Source: Erysipelotrichaceae bacterium
Lineage (GTDB): Bacteria; Bacillota_I; Bacilli_A; Erysipelotrichales; Erysipelotrichaceae
Reading direction: 5' to 3'
Assembly: GCA_016280635.1 (NCBI GenBank)
Contig: JAEEHC010000059.1
Location: forward strand, 6,787 to 70,786
Length of the DNA: 64,000 nt
Shown here: positions 46,346 to 56,004 of the stretch, piece by piece
Layout: every line of letters starts with the position of its first letter
Position numbering within the stretch: the stretch's first letter is position 1
The notes under the pieces: generated by a model
The model's database searches: none
The model's input: only the letters and a program-made list of their open reading frames with translations
Told to the model about the DNA's origin: nothing
Program-made: the position numbers and the translations under genes

Positions 46346-46840
46346 TCAGACAACATAATGAATTCTGGATTCATCATAACGGTCCTGCTGCTGGCGCTCT
46401 TCCGCCGGATAGCCCAACGGAAACAGGGCAAAAGCCCGCAATTCTTCGGGAATGTCAAGGATCCTTTCCACTGCCAACATGCGCTCCTCTACCGGGGCAA
46501 TCCCCAGCCATACCCCTCCTAAGCCTAGGCTGTCGGTTTCCAGCCACAGGTTTTCCAGCGCGATGGCCAAATCGATCTGCGCGTATGCCGGCGCCCGGCA
46601 CACTTTACGATAGACCGGAACGATGACTACCGGTGCCTGTTCAGCCGGATAGGCATAAAGAGAAACCCTGGAAAGTTCCCTTATTCTATTCTGATCGGTT
46701 ACCACATAGAATTCCCAGGGCTGCTGGTTGGTGGCTGAGGGTGCCTGCATGGCTGCCCTCAGGATGGCCTCAATCTTTTCCCTTTCCACCGGGCGGTTCT
46801 GATAACGTCTGATGCTGGTACGGTGATAGATGCTGTTCAT
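46346..46840 (-). CDS. Nitroreductase family protein
   Basis: 164 aa. It contains RTSIRRYQNRPVEREKIEAILRAAMQAPSATNQQPWEFYVV. Confidence 0.88.
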   Translation of the reverse strand: MNSIYHRTSIRRYQNRPVEREKIEAILRAAMQAPSATNQQPWEFYVVTDQNRIRELSRVSLYAYPAEQAPVVIVPVYRKVCRAPAYAQIDLAIALENLWLETDSLGLGGVWLGIAPVEERMLAVERILDIPEELRAFALFPLGYPAEERQQQDRYDESRIHYVV

Positions 46841-46862
46841 CTCATGCTTCCTTCCTCAAACT

Positions 46863-47615
46863 TCAGTGCTTGGCTCTTTCAGCTTCCCGCCAGTTATCCT
46901 GATAGCCGCTCATCAGATCGACAAACCGCTTGGTTGTCAGATGCGGCCGGGTGATGGCTGAGCCGACTACTACGGCATCAGCGCCCAGATAAAGACACTT
47001 GACGGCATCCTCCGGACTGTAGATGTGACCTTCCATGACCATGAATGCCTTATCGCCGAAATCCCGGCACATTCTCGCAAATTCTCGCAGATCTGGCAAT
47101 TCGATGTCTTTCGTCTGAGCGGTATAGCCGTAAAGGGTTGGACCGATGATGTCGGCGCCGTTTTCCACGGCGTGCTTGGCTTCCTCATAATTGGAAACAT
47201 CGGCAAAGATGATGGCTTCCGGGATTTCCTTTTTGACCTGCGGCAACAGGTCCCAGGCCACCGTCTTTTCATGGGTAATCTGGCTGGTGCAGTCCAGGGC
47301 GATGATCTGCGCTCCGGCCTGCCACACTTCCCTTACTTCCTTCATGGTCGGGGTAATGAAGACATCGGTATCATCATGCCAGACTTTGTAGAGGCCGATG
47401 ACCGGAAGGTCCGGCACCGTTTCTCTGATCAGCCTGATCTGCTCAGGGGAGTTGGCCCTTAAGCCCACGGCCCCGCCCCACTTGGCGGCCTTGGCCATAA
47501 TGGCAACAATGTCATCGGTATAGATCGGATCATCCTTCTGAACCTGACAGGAGACGATCAGTCCGCCTTTCAGGGAATCCAGGATTCTTTTCTTGTTCAT
47601 TTCAATTTCATTCAT
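46863..47615 (-). CDS. nanE: N-acetylmannosamine-6-phosphate 2-epimerase
   Basis: LKGGLIVSCQ start and blocks GAVGLRA, PVIGL, IIALD, GADIIGPTLYGYT and VVVGSAITRP. These are collinear with E. coli NanE as I recall it. Confidence 0.85.
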   Translation of the reverse strand: MNEIEMNKKRILDSLKGGLIVSCQVQKDDPIYTDDIVAIMAKAAKWGGAVGLRANSPEQIRLIRETVPDLPVIGLYKVWHDDTDVFITPTMKEVREVWQAGAQIIALDCTSQITHEKTVAWDLLPQVKKEIPEAIIFADVSNYEEAKHAVENGADIIGPTLYGYTAQTKDIELPDLREFARMCRDFGDKAFMVMEGHIYSPEDAVKCLYLGADAVVVGSAITRPHLTTKRFVDLMSGYQDNWREAERAKH

Positions 47616-47619
47616 TCTC

Positions 47620-48492
47620 CTAACCTCCTATGGTGACATCGTCACTGATGTATTTCTGCAGAGATTCTCTGCTCATCGACTTTTCATTTTCGTACTGATA
47701 AGGAAGGTACAGCTGCTGCCACTTGTTTTTGCCCAGATTATGAAACGGCAGCAGGTTTATCTCACGGACATTCCGGCTTCTGGCATAATCAATCAGTTCA
47801 GTCAAAGCATCATCATTAAAACCCGGGATCACCGGAATGCGAACAATGACATCCTGCGGCCGTTTTTCACTCAGCCAGCCAAAGCAAGCCATTATCTTTT
47901 TCAGATCACCGCCGGTTACTTCCGCCAGTTTTCTTTCATCGACATGTTTCAGGTCAAAGAGAAACAGATCGACATACTGCTCGATTTCCCGCAGATCCTC
48001 CAGCGGATAATTGCCGGTGGTTTCCAGGACGGTATGCAGGCCGTTTCCCTTAGCCAGACTTAAAAGCCTCTTCAGTCCTTCCTTCTGATACAGGGGTTCC
48101 CCGCCGGAGAAAGTCACTCCCCCATTACTCTCCCGATAGTAATCAAGGTCCTTCATTACCTCCCTGATCACCTGTTCTTCACTCATCACTTCGCCACTGA
48201 TGCTTAAGGCGCCCGGCAGACAGCAAGCAGCACAAAGGCCGCAGCCCTGACACCTGGCCCTCTCAACCCGCCAGTCTTTTTGAAAGCTGATGGCCTTGTT
48301 GGGACAGGCTTTCTCGCACTGGCGGCAGCCAACGCACAGCTGTTTCTTATGCATTAAGACCGGCTTCAAAAACCAGGTCTCGGGATTGGCACACCATGGA
48401 CAGTGCAGGTAACAGCCCTTCAGAAAGACCGTAGTGCGGATCCCGGGTCCGTCATGGGTCGCAAAGCGCTCAATGTTGGAAACGCTAATCAT
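47620..48492 (-). CDS. Glycyl-radical enzyme activating protein (radical SAM with two auxiliary ferredoxin-like clusters)
   Basis: CYLHCPWC (CX3CX2C) plus CVGCRQCEKACP and CQGCGLCAACC. Confidence 0.9.
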   Translation of the reverse strand: MISVSNIERFATHDGPGIRTTVFLKGCYLHCPWCANPETWFLKPVLMHKKQLCVGCRQCEKACPNKAISFQKDWRVERARCQGCGLCAACCLPGALSISGEVMSEEQVIREVMKDLDYYRESNGGVTFSGGEPLYQKEGLKRLLSLAKGNGLHTVLETTGNYPLEDLREIEQYVDLFLFDLKHVDERKLAEVTGGDLKKIMACFGWLSEKRPQDVIVRIPVIPGFNDDALTELIDYARSRNVREINLLPFHNLGKNKWQQLYLPYQYENEKSMSRESLQKYISDDVTIGG

Positions 48493-50773
48493 AAAGCTCC
48501 CGGCTCAGCAGTTCCTGCTGAACCTCCTTAGGCAGGTCCACGAAAACGGCGCTGTAGCCGGCTACCCGGACGATCAGGTCGCGGTGGTTTTCCGGATGGA
48601 CCATGGCATCTTCCAGTTCGCCCGGATTGACGCAGGTCACCATCAGCTGACAGCCGCCCTTCTTAAAGTAAACCCGCCACATGGCTCTGACCTTCTGCTC
48701 GTCTTCCTTCATCATCCGCGGGGTAAAGCGCATGTTCTGGACGCTGCCGCCATGGTATCGGGCATCAAATCGGGCCAGTGAGTTGAGACAGGCTGTCGGT
48801 CCGTTTTTGGCCGCCCCGCCAACCGGATTATTGGCCGGATTCATGTAGACACCTTTCCTACGGCCATCCAGTGAGGCCGCTGTCTGCAGGCCCCAGTCGG
48901 TATTGGTCTGATTGTTGGAGATGACGATCAGGTAATAGCCCAGGCCCTTTCTGATCCCGCGCTCTCTTATTCCCTTAGCCACATATTCATAAAGATCATT
49001 GGCCAGCTGGTCAACTTCCTCAATGTCATTGCCATACTTGCCCTGCCTCAGCAGGTCCTTCTGAATCGGCGCATTATCAGCACCTTCAAAGTCCGCCAGT
49101 GCGGCTTCATTGAGCTGTCTTAAGGTATACTTGCCTTCCTCAAACACCAGTTTCTTGATGGCGTAAAGGGCGTCTGAGGCATTGATATTTCCATAGGTCT
49201 CATTGGTGCCGCCTAATATCGCCACGCCCCCATCCAGCAACGCCTTGCCCCTGGCCAGGCAGTCATCCATCAGAATGGAGGTAAACAGGAAACTGACCTG
49301 CTCATTCATGACCTCATAGGAATGCGCCTGGGCTTCAATGCTCAGGTCAAAGTAATAATCCAGCAATCTCTTATACTGGTCATAGAACTGTTCAAAGGTG
49401 GTAAAGCTGTCGATGTCTTCGACCTTTACCGGCCCGGCCTTATAGACATGGTCCATCGGGTCATAACCCTCATTGAGCGCCAGCTGCATGATCTTGACCA
49501 GATTCAGCAAGGTGTTGGGGGTACCGACGCTCTTACCCTGGATGACGAATTCCCCGCAGCCAAAGGGCACATACTGCTCAGCGGTTTTGCGGTCAACCCT
49601 CATGCCGTAAGCCACGGCATCAACATTGACATCATCATTGTACAAGGTCGGATAAGTCGCTCCGGAAGCCAGGCAATGATAAGCGCTGTCCAGAATGTCC
49701 TTAGGGGTGTCATGGTCAAAGCGCAGGGTAAACTGTGGCTCCACGTAGCGGCAGCTGCGGCAGACTTCCAAACACAGCCGGACAAACAGGTCCGCTGCCT
49801 CCGGTTCCTCTCTTCCCTGACCGCCGACAATGATGCGTCCATTAACCGTAGTACGGCGGTTTTCGATCAGCGTCCATAAGGATCGGACATAACGGAAGGC
49901 TTCATTCCATGACAGTCTGCCCGTTTCCAGATCTCTTTTCAGGTAGGGTCCTAAGACAATGTCCAGCCGGCCGTAATTGATGCAGCCGGCGCACAAGGCG
50001 TACAGCCAGAACAGCTGCAAGGCCTGATGGAAACTCTCCGGCTTATTTTCCAGCAGATATTCCAGATCAGCCTTGATCAGCTGTAATTCTTCTCTTCGGC
50101 TTTCAGAGGCGGCTTCCATTGCTTCCTGGGTCAGTTCTATCTGTCTTTTAATGACTTCCTTGAACAATGCCAAGGCACCTTGACAGGCCTTCGTGAAGGC
50201 ATTGTCCTGAGATTTTTCAACTTCATTCACTAAACCGTTAATGCCCAGGCTCACCAGTTTCCGGTAATCCAGCATCATGCCGCTTAACCGGGCGGTAGCC
50301 ATGAAGGGATACTTGCAGTCGATGAACCGGCCGGTGGTAGTATCGTTCAGCACATCCTGACAATAGATGGTCTTGACATCGTGGTCCTGCCAGTAATCAT
50401 ACAGGGCCATGGCTCTGGCCTTCTTGCCCGGATCATCGAGCCGGTCGGCAAAAGAGCGCAGTTCATGGAAGACACAGTAATGACCTACCCCGCCGATGGA
50501 AGTTACGGAGCCAAAGCCGATCGGCAGAAAATCCAGCCGGCCGGCAATCAGGTCCTGTTGCTCCAAATGACGGAAAAGCGCCGGAAAGATCACCTTAAGA
50601 CAGTTGAGTTCTCTTTCCGCCTTGTCCAGATTCAGGCTTTCCCGGTGGACCCGGGTGTACTCTTCCATTAAGGCCAGCTGCTGGTCCACGCTTAATTCCG
50701 GGGGCAGCTTTTTGGATACGCTGACATTCTGAGTACCTTCAATGTTTATGTGTGCCATGTTTCTTTTTCCCAT
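48485..50773 (-). CDS. Glycyl radical enzyme, PFL2/dehydratase-lyase class, substrate unknown
   Basis: The C-terminal glycyl motif is IVRVAGYSAVF. The thiyl loop VPFGCGEF has a single Cys with Glu at +2, as in 1,2-eliminating GREs. I chose the start at ATG 50773; the ORF opens with GTG at 50800. Confidence 0.88.
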   Translation of the reverse strand: MGKRNMAHINIEGTQNVSVSKKLPPELSVDQQLALMEEYTRVHRESLNLDKAERELNCLKVIFPALFRHLEQQDLIAGRLDFLPIGFGSVTSIGGVGHYCVFHELRSFADRLDDPGKKARAMALYDYWQDHDVKTIYCQDVLNDTTTGRFIDCKYPFMATARLSGMMLDYRKLVSLGINGLVNEVEKSQDNAFTKACQGALALFKEVIKRQIELTQEAMEAASESRREELQLIKADLEYLLENKPESFHQALQLFWLYALCAGCINYGRLDIVLGPYLKRDLETGRLSWNEAFRYVRSLWTLIENRRTTVNGRIIVGGQGREEPEAADLFVRLCLEVCRSCRYVEPQFTLRFDHDTPKDILDSAYHCLASGATYPTLYNDDVNVDAVAYGMRVDRKTAEQYVPFGCGEFVIQGKSVGTPNTLLNLVKIMQLALNEGYDPMDHVYKAGPVKVEDIDSFTTFEQFYDQYKRLLDYYFDLSIEAQAHSYEVMNEQVSFLFTSILMDDCLARGKALLDGGVAILGGTNETYGNINASDALYAIKKLVFEEGKYTLRQLNEAALADFEGADNAPIQKDLLRQGKYGNDIEEVDQLANDLYEYVAKGIRERGIRKGLGYYLIVISNNQTNTDWGLQTAASLDGRRKGVYMNPANNPVGGAAKNGPTACLNSLARFDARYHGGSVQNMRFTPRMMKEDEQKVRAMWRVYFKKGGCQLMVTCVNPGELEDAMVHPENHRDLIVRVAGYSAVFVDLPKEVQQELLSRELYD

Positions 50774-50789
50774 GTTCTCTTTCCCTAAA

Positions 50790-52424
50790 TTACTCACCAC
50801 CAGCGGTCAGATACACCATTACGATGAAGCTGATGATGCCAAACCAGACCGCCAGAGAGACCGGCGGCACGAACAGTGCTCTAAGCACCATGGTGACTGT
50901 CTCCCGCTTGATATTGATTTTCAGCTTTTGCCTATGTCTCTTCTTTCGGCCCTTTTCATCGATCACATAGATCCAGGGCTTTTCGTGCAGCTCAACAATG
51001 CCGAATTTCAACAGATAAACCGGTACTACCGGAACGGCAATGCAGAACCAGGCCGCTGAACCGCCCAACGATAGTTTTTCAAAATCAAAGCCGTTGATCA
51101 GCAAGGCACAGATGACCGGCAGAAACAGTGCGACAAAGCACAGAAGAACCATTCTGGCGATTCTCAACGGGGTAGTAAAGCGCAGAATGACCGGCTTATT
51201 CTCCCCATCCAGATTTTCAAAGTAGACCGGTGGTATGATCTTGCGTTCAAGCACCCGGTCGCTGAGTACCAGCTTACCGTATTCTCTCTTGAAGGTCTTC
51301 TGGCCGGAAGTGTGGACATCATATTCGCTTTCCACGATGAAGCGGTTGTGCACGGTATCGCTGTACAGGCATAGGATGACGATGATGAAAAACAGCGCCA
51401 GAATACCGGTTATGTACAGGCTTTCCCCGCTGTTCATGCCAAAGGCCCTAAAAACCAGGAAACTGATCAGGCTGAAGGCAACGGTAGCAATGATGGCCTT
51501 CAGCCACCAGGGCAGAAAGTAATACTTCTTTTTCTTCAATGAACGCACGGCAACCTTGCCGCTCTGACCGTTGACCGCCGCCATCAATTGATCGTGGCAG
51601 ATATAATAGACAGGCAGTAAGACCGGCAAGCGCATGGCATCGCTGACATCAGCCGCCACTTCCACGGCCCGGCTCTCAAGGGTCTTACGGATGGCAGGAG
51701 AATAGATTTCCCCGGCCTCCTTGCGGGCTCGCTCTTCCATTGTCTGCTGACCGATGTCAGGTATTCTGACCTGCTGGCCGGCCACATAGCCGAAGTCAAA
51801 GCCCTTAAGATCCTTGAAGTCAAACGGTTCCATGCCGTCCAGCAGTAAATTATCCAGCTGTGAGGAACAGTTAACGAATTCATCGTTGATGAAACCTTCG
51901 CAGCGGTATGCCCTGAATCCGTCCATCCGGCTCACCTTCATATGCACCGGACCGCGGATCAGCTGATAAGGCAGATAAAAGCCCTTGAGATCATCCACCA
52001 ATTTCCGAAGCTCTCTGGCTTCCTTTTTGGACCGATTCTGCTGGCACCACTGCCTTAGCTGCTGCCTGGCTTCTGGGAGCGTAACCGCAAAGGGAATGAC
52101 ATTTTCCGGCAGTTCCTCAGCCTTCAGATATTCACTTCTTACCAGTGCCCGGCCGCAGAAGGCGCAGGTACTGACCGCTTCATTTTCATCAAAGACGACT
52201 TCAGCGCCGCAACCGCCGCAGGACGCCTGAAAAAGCCGGAAGCTGTCTCTGGTCTGCTGCAAATGGCCGATGCGCATCCGGCGGAAACCCTGAGTCTGCT
52301 TCTGGGCTTCGTCAATTCCGACTCTTGAACCGCAATGCGGGCAGCCATAGTCCTGGTGAACGATGTCAAAACGGGCGGGTGAGCCGCAGTTTGGACAATG
52401 GATATCCGTTATTCTCTCGTTCAT
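50790..52424 (-). CDS. Double zinc-ribbon protein with C-terminal multi-pass membrane domain, unknown function
   Basis: Ribbons are CPNCGS..CPHCGS and CGGCGA..CAFCGR. There are four or more TM helices after residue ~320. An AAGGAGA RBS precedes the ATG at 52424. It lies 16 nt upstream of the GRE start. Confidence 0.65.
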   Translation of the reverse strand: MNERITDIHCPNCGSPARFDIVHQDYGCPHCGSRVGIDEAQKQTQGFRRMRIGHLQQTRDSFRLFQASCGGCGAEVVFDENEAVSTCAFCGRALVRSEYLKAEELPENVIPFAVTLPEARQQLRQWCQQNRSKKEARELRKLVDDLKGFYLPYQLIRGPVHMKVSRMDGFRAYRCEGFINDEFVNCSSQLDNLLLDGMEPFDFKDLKGFDFGYVAGQQVRIPDIGQQTMEERARKEAGEIYSPAIRKTLESRAVEVAADVSDAMRLPVLLPVYYICHDQLMAAVNGQSGKVAVRSLKKKKYYFLPWWLKAIIATVAFSLISFLVFRAFGMNSGESLYITGILALFFIIVILCLYSDTVHNRFIVESEYDVHTSGQKTFKREYGKLVLSDRVLERKIIPPVYFENLDGENKPVILRFTTPLRIARMVLLCFVALFLPVICALLINGFDFEKLSLGGSAAWFCIAVPVVPVYLLKFGIVELHEKPWIYVIDEKGRKKRHRQKLKINIKRETVTMVLRALFVPPVSLAVWFGIISFIVMVYLTAGGE

Positions 52425-52549
52425 TGAAATCTCCTTGATAAACTTCTGCTTACAGTATAACACGCTTATCATCTTCTTTCGTAAAGCCGGTTAATTCTTG
52501 AATAACCACAGTGAGGAATCAGTCATCAAAAAAGCCGCTCATTGGCAGC

Positions 52550-52813
52550 TTAGCGGTCATCATAATGATAGCGACAGGACAGTATGAAGATACTTTCCTC
52601 TTCGATCCGGTAGATCAGTCGGTCCTTTTCATTGATTCTGCGACTCCAGTAGCCGGTAAAGTTGCCGGTCAGCGGTTCGGGCTTGCCGATTCCGGCATTG
52701 CCGTTGCGCTCAATGTCTTCAATAAGCCGGTTAATTCTCTTAAGCGTCTTACGGTCTTCAACTGTCCAGTAAAGGTAGTCTTGCCAGCCAATGTCGGTGA
52801 ATAACTTAATCAT
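52550..52813 (-). CDS. yoeB: YoeB/Txe-family toxin
   Basis: MIKLFTDIGWQDYLYW...DRKTLKRINRLIEDI.R....GIGKPEPL......YWSRRI...DRLIY......I.ILSCRYHY. Confidence 0.9.
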   Translation of the reverse strand: MIKLFTDIGWQDYLYWTVEDRKTLKRINRLIEDIERNGNAGIGKPEPLTGNFTGYWSRRINEKDRLIYRIEEESIFILSCRYHYDDR

Positions 52814-53072
52814 TCGACACCTCAACAAGGTCATGCTTGGTTACCCTGCCGGATTCCAGTTGTCTTTTTGACTCCATGAGGCGATCATAATATCCCTTAT
52901 CCTTCATGATGTAGATGTTTTCCAAAAGGTTGTTATAAGCCGCTTCGGAAATGACCACGACATTTCGGTTATCCTTTCTGGTAACGATAATGGTTTCATA
53001 GTCATCAGTGACCAGATCCAGATTTGTCTTCATGTTCTCCCGGAACTGGGTGTAATTCACCGCAATCATCAT
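52806..53072 (-). CDS. yefM: YefM/Phd-family antitoxin
   Basis: 88 aa with the NYTQFRENMKTNLDLVTDDYETIIVTRKDNRNVVVIS pattern. It overlaps the yoeB start by 8 nt. Confidence 0.9.
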   Translation of the reverse strand: MMIAVNYTQFRENMKTNLDLVTDDYETIIVTRKDNRNVVVISEAAYNNLLENIYIMKDKGYYDRLMESKRQLESGRVTKHDLVEVSND

Positions 53073-53093
53073 ATAGGCCTCCTTTCTGTCTGC

Positions 53094-53122
53094 ATTATAG
53101 CGTACAGAATACTGTACGTCAA
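53094..53122 (-). promoter_or_regulatory. yefM-yoeB promoter with palindromic operator
   Basis: On the minus strand, TTGACG, a 17-nt spacer, then TATAAT. The spacer is the palindrome CGTACAG-TATT-CTGTACG (53101-53118). Confidence 0.65.
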
Positions 53123-53407
53123 TTGACTTGAAAGCTTCCCTAATGCAGACACGTACATATGCCGATATATACTATTATTTGCGGCAAATTCCCGAAATCC
53201 TATCATACAACTGTCTTAAAACCATTATCAGTTTCAGGATTTCCGGCAGCGGCAGGCTAATAATTCATTACTGATCGCAGCAAGGGTGATCAGGCCTTGT
53301 TCTCAAAAATCAGCAGTTTATCATACACTTTAATTACTACTTTTAGTAGCAATTATAGTAGCAAATAAATCCCATTTCTGTTATAGTGATTGTACGGAGG
53401 TCCGCTT

Positions 53408-54718
53408 ATGAATCTTGGCATGGAAACGGAAAAAATCGAATTCAAGAAAAGTACGGCTGAGCTTAAGCAGGGAATCATTTCCCTGAGCGCCATGCTGAAC
53501 AAGCACGGCTATGGCACCCTTTACTTCGGCGTGAAGGATGATGGGGAAATAGCCGGCCAGCAGGTCTCAACCGGCACGCTGCGAGACGTTTCCCAGGCCA
53601 TCGCTGGTTTCATAAAGCCTCAGGTAATTCCCACGATCGTATTGGAACTCTTGGACGAGAAGAATGTCATCAAGGTGTATGCTGAAGGCAATGATTCTCC
53701 CTATAGCGCTTACGGCAGGTATTACATGCGCTCTGCCGATGAAGACCGGGAACTGTCACCCGAGCAGCTCAGAAGCCTGATGATCAGGAAGCAGGAAACC
53801 GACACGATCTCCCGGATCACCAACGATGACCAGAAACTATCCTTCAGGCTGCTGAAGACCGCGTTCATAGAAAAGGGGCTTTCAGTAGATGATGCCACCT
53901 TTGAAACTAACATCGGACTGAAAAACGACAACGGCAAATACAATCTGATGGCCGGTCTGCTGGCTGACACTAACAGCGTTTCCATCAAAACGGTCGTTTT
54001 CAAAGGCACCGACAAACTGGAAATGTTGAGAAGGAATGAATACGGCAACAAATGTCTGATCACCGCCATGGACCAGGTCATCAGTTACATCGAATCCCTC
54101 AACGAGACTTCTGTCAGCATTACCGCCCACCAGCGTCAGGACAGCCGGCTTTTTGACATGGCCTGCTTTAGGGAAGCCTGGATAAACGCCTGCCTGCATA
54201 CCCGCTGGGACAAGCTGAATCCGCCGGCGGTATATGTGTTTGCGGACCGAATTGAGATCATCTCCATGGGAGGGCTGCCTCAGGATCTGAGCCAGGAAGA
54301 GTTCTTCCGAGGCATCAGCCGACCGGTCAACATCAAACTTCAGAAGATCTTCGGGCAGTTGGGCTATGTTGAACAGACCGGCCACGGCATTCCCTTGATC
54401 ATTTCCCGCTATGGCCGGCAGGCATTTGACATCTCCGATAACTATGTTAATGTCACCATTCCCTTCTCCCGAAAACCGGATGGTCACAGCTTCTCCTCTT
54501 CATTGAACAACGCTCAGCAGACTGTTGCCGGACTTCTGAAAGATCATCCCGAGTTCACCATTAATGATCTTGCCAGACATACCGAATACAGTGAGAGTTA
54601 CATCAGAAAGATCATATCCGAGTTAAGATACCGGAACATTATAAAAAGGAAAGGCTCAAAGAAAACCGGATCATGGCAGGTGTTCCAGGGCAGGCAATCA
54701 GCTTTCAGGAAGAACTGA
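53408..54718 (+). CDS. AlbA_2 (Schlafen-like) DNA-binding domain protein with HATPase_c_4-like and C-terminal wHTH regions
   Basis: A GGAGG RBS precedes the ATG at 53408. The N-terminus is ETEKIEFKKSTAELKQGIISLSAMLNKHGYGTLYFGVKDDGEIAGQ. The C-terminus LARHTEYSESYIRKIISELRYRNIIKR is HTH-like. Confidence 0.75.
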   Translation: MNLGMETEKIEFKKSTAELKQGIISLSAMLNKHGYGTLYFGVKDDGEIAGQQVSTGTLRDVSQAIAGFIKPQVIPTIVLELLDEKNVIKVYAEGNDSPYSAYGRYYMRSADEDRELSPEQLRSLMIRKQETDTISRITNDDQKLSFRLLKTAFIEKGLSVDDATFETNIGLKNDNGKYNLMAGLLADTNSVSIKTVVFKGTDKLEMLRRNEYGNKCLITAMDQVISYIESLNETSVSITAHQRQDSRLFDMACFREAWINACLHTRWDKLNPPAVYVFADRIEIISMGGLPQDLSQEEFFRGISRPVNIKLQKIFGQLGYVEQTGHGIPLIISRYGRQAFDISDNYVNVTIPFSRKPDGHSFSSSLNNAQQTVAGLLKDHPEFTINDLARHTEYSESYIRKIISELRYRNIIKRKGSKKTGSWQVFQGRQSAFRKN

Positions 54719-54924
54719 ACAAACTGAACGCCCTTTTATCAGCAAGACCTCAATCGGTCCTTATAAAAAAGCCTGAGCCTCAAAAAAAGCACTATAACTC
54801 ACTAAAACAACTGCCCGGCAAAACACCGGACAGTTAATATTTCACATGTAAGATTGTAATAATATTTTGCAAGTATACTAGACATGCCAACGAGTAAAAC
54901 ATTACTTACACACTTATCTTGACA

Positions 54925-55779
54925 CTACCATATAATGTACCTTAATAAGCCTCGCTTATCATGGCATAGTATTATTTTATTCAAAGAATGAACTAATTCG
55001 TAATCGCAGTTTTTTTCAATGTTAACATATTCTTTTTCGTCTCTATTTAACCACTTAATTCGAACCACATTATTTGGATAATCAATTCTATATCCACTGG
55101 TATTGAAAGCATATATCATTTGCTGTAGCTCATTAAAGAATCTTTCTGTCAACTTTTCACTAATTTCTATCGTTATGTTGATGTAATCATTTTTACTTCC
55201 GTGGCTCTCTATATGCATAACACTTCTTATTCTGTCAAACGAAACTAATGAATTAACACTATTTACTGGAGTAAAACTATATCCGTGACGATTTCGTTCG
55301 AATTTTATAATTGGTTCATGCAAATCACCACGCCGATATTCACGGAGGTCTTTAAGCAATCGTCTCTTCAGTTTAATATACGATTTATCGCCTAAAACTT
55401 CCTTTATTCTATCTAGATCTTCGTTTTCCCAAAATCTATCCTGAATGTCTTTGTAACTATTTATGCCCAAAACAACTAATTGGCTTACAACATCGTTTAT
55501 GTTCGACCAATTATTTTCATTCCAATAATCAACAATTTTCTTATATTCTTTGAGGCTTCTTTCCATTTTCCAATTTTCCTCTATTAAGTCATAAACTCTC
55601 AAAGCTATTCTTTCGTTATTCATTATTGAGTTTATTGGATAGCCACATACTTCTTCCGCCTCAAAAAGGTTTTTCTTAAGTCCTTCAATATCTACAGTAA
55701 AATATTCATCACCATAAAAGAATCTGCACTGTTGTTCGATAAAACCGCCATTAATTTTGTTCCAATCGTCATACTCCAT
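54925..55779 (-). CDS. Hypothetical protein (no recognisable domain)
   Basis: 284-aa ORF, AT-rich and soluble, with no motif I can assign. Confidence 0.55.
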   Translation of the reverse strand: MEYDDWNKINGGFIEQQCRFFYGDEYFTVDIEGLKKNLFEAEEVCGYPINSIMNNERIALRVYDLIEENWKMERSLKEYKKIVDYWNENNWSNINDVVSQLVVLGINSYKDIQDRFWENEDLDRIKEVLGDKSYIKLKRRLLKDLREYRRGDLHEPIIKFERNRHGYSFTPVNSVNSLVSFDRIRSVMHIESHGSKNDYINITIEISEKLTERFFNELQQMIYAFNTSGYRIDYPNNVVRIKWLNRDEKEYVNIEKNCDYELVHSLNKIILCHDKRGLLRYIIW

Positions 55780-56004
55780 ATTTATCTATTCCTCCCTTAT
55801 TATACTGAACAACTATCATATAATCCCCATGTTCCAAACAACAAACTCTATAGTTTAATAATTCTATTGCATATAGTGCTCATGGATTGCTACCAACGCT
55901 ATGGATGGCTTAGCAGTTCGCACCATCCAAAGCAATGATTCTATTCTTGTTTGCTTTCTATTCTAAACAGTGTTCCTAGCGCCACCATTTAGTACAAAAT
56001 TTTT

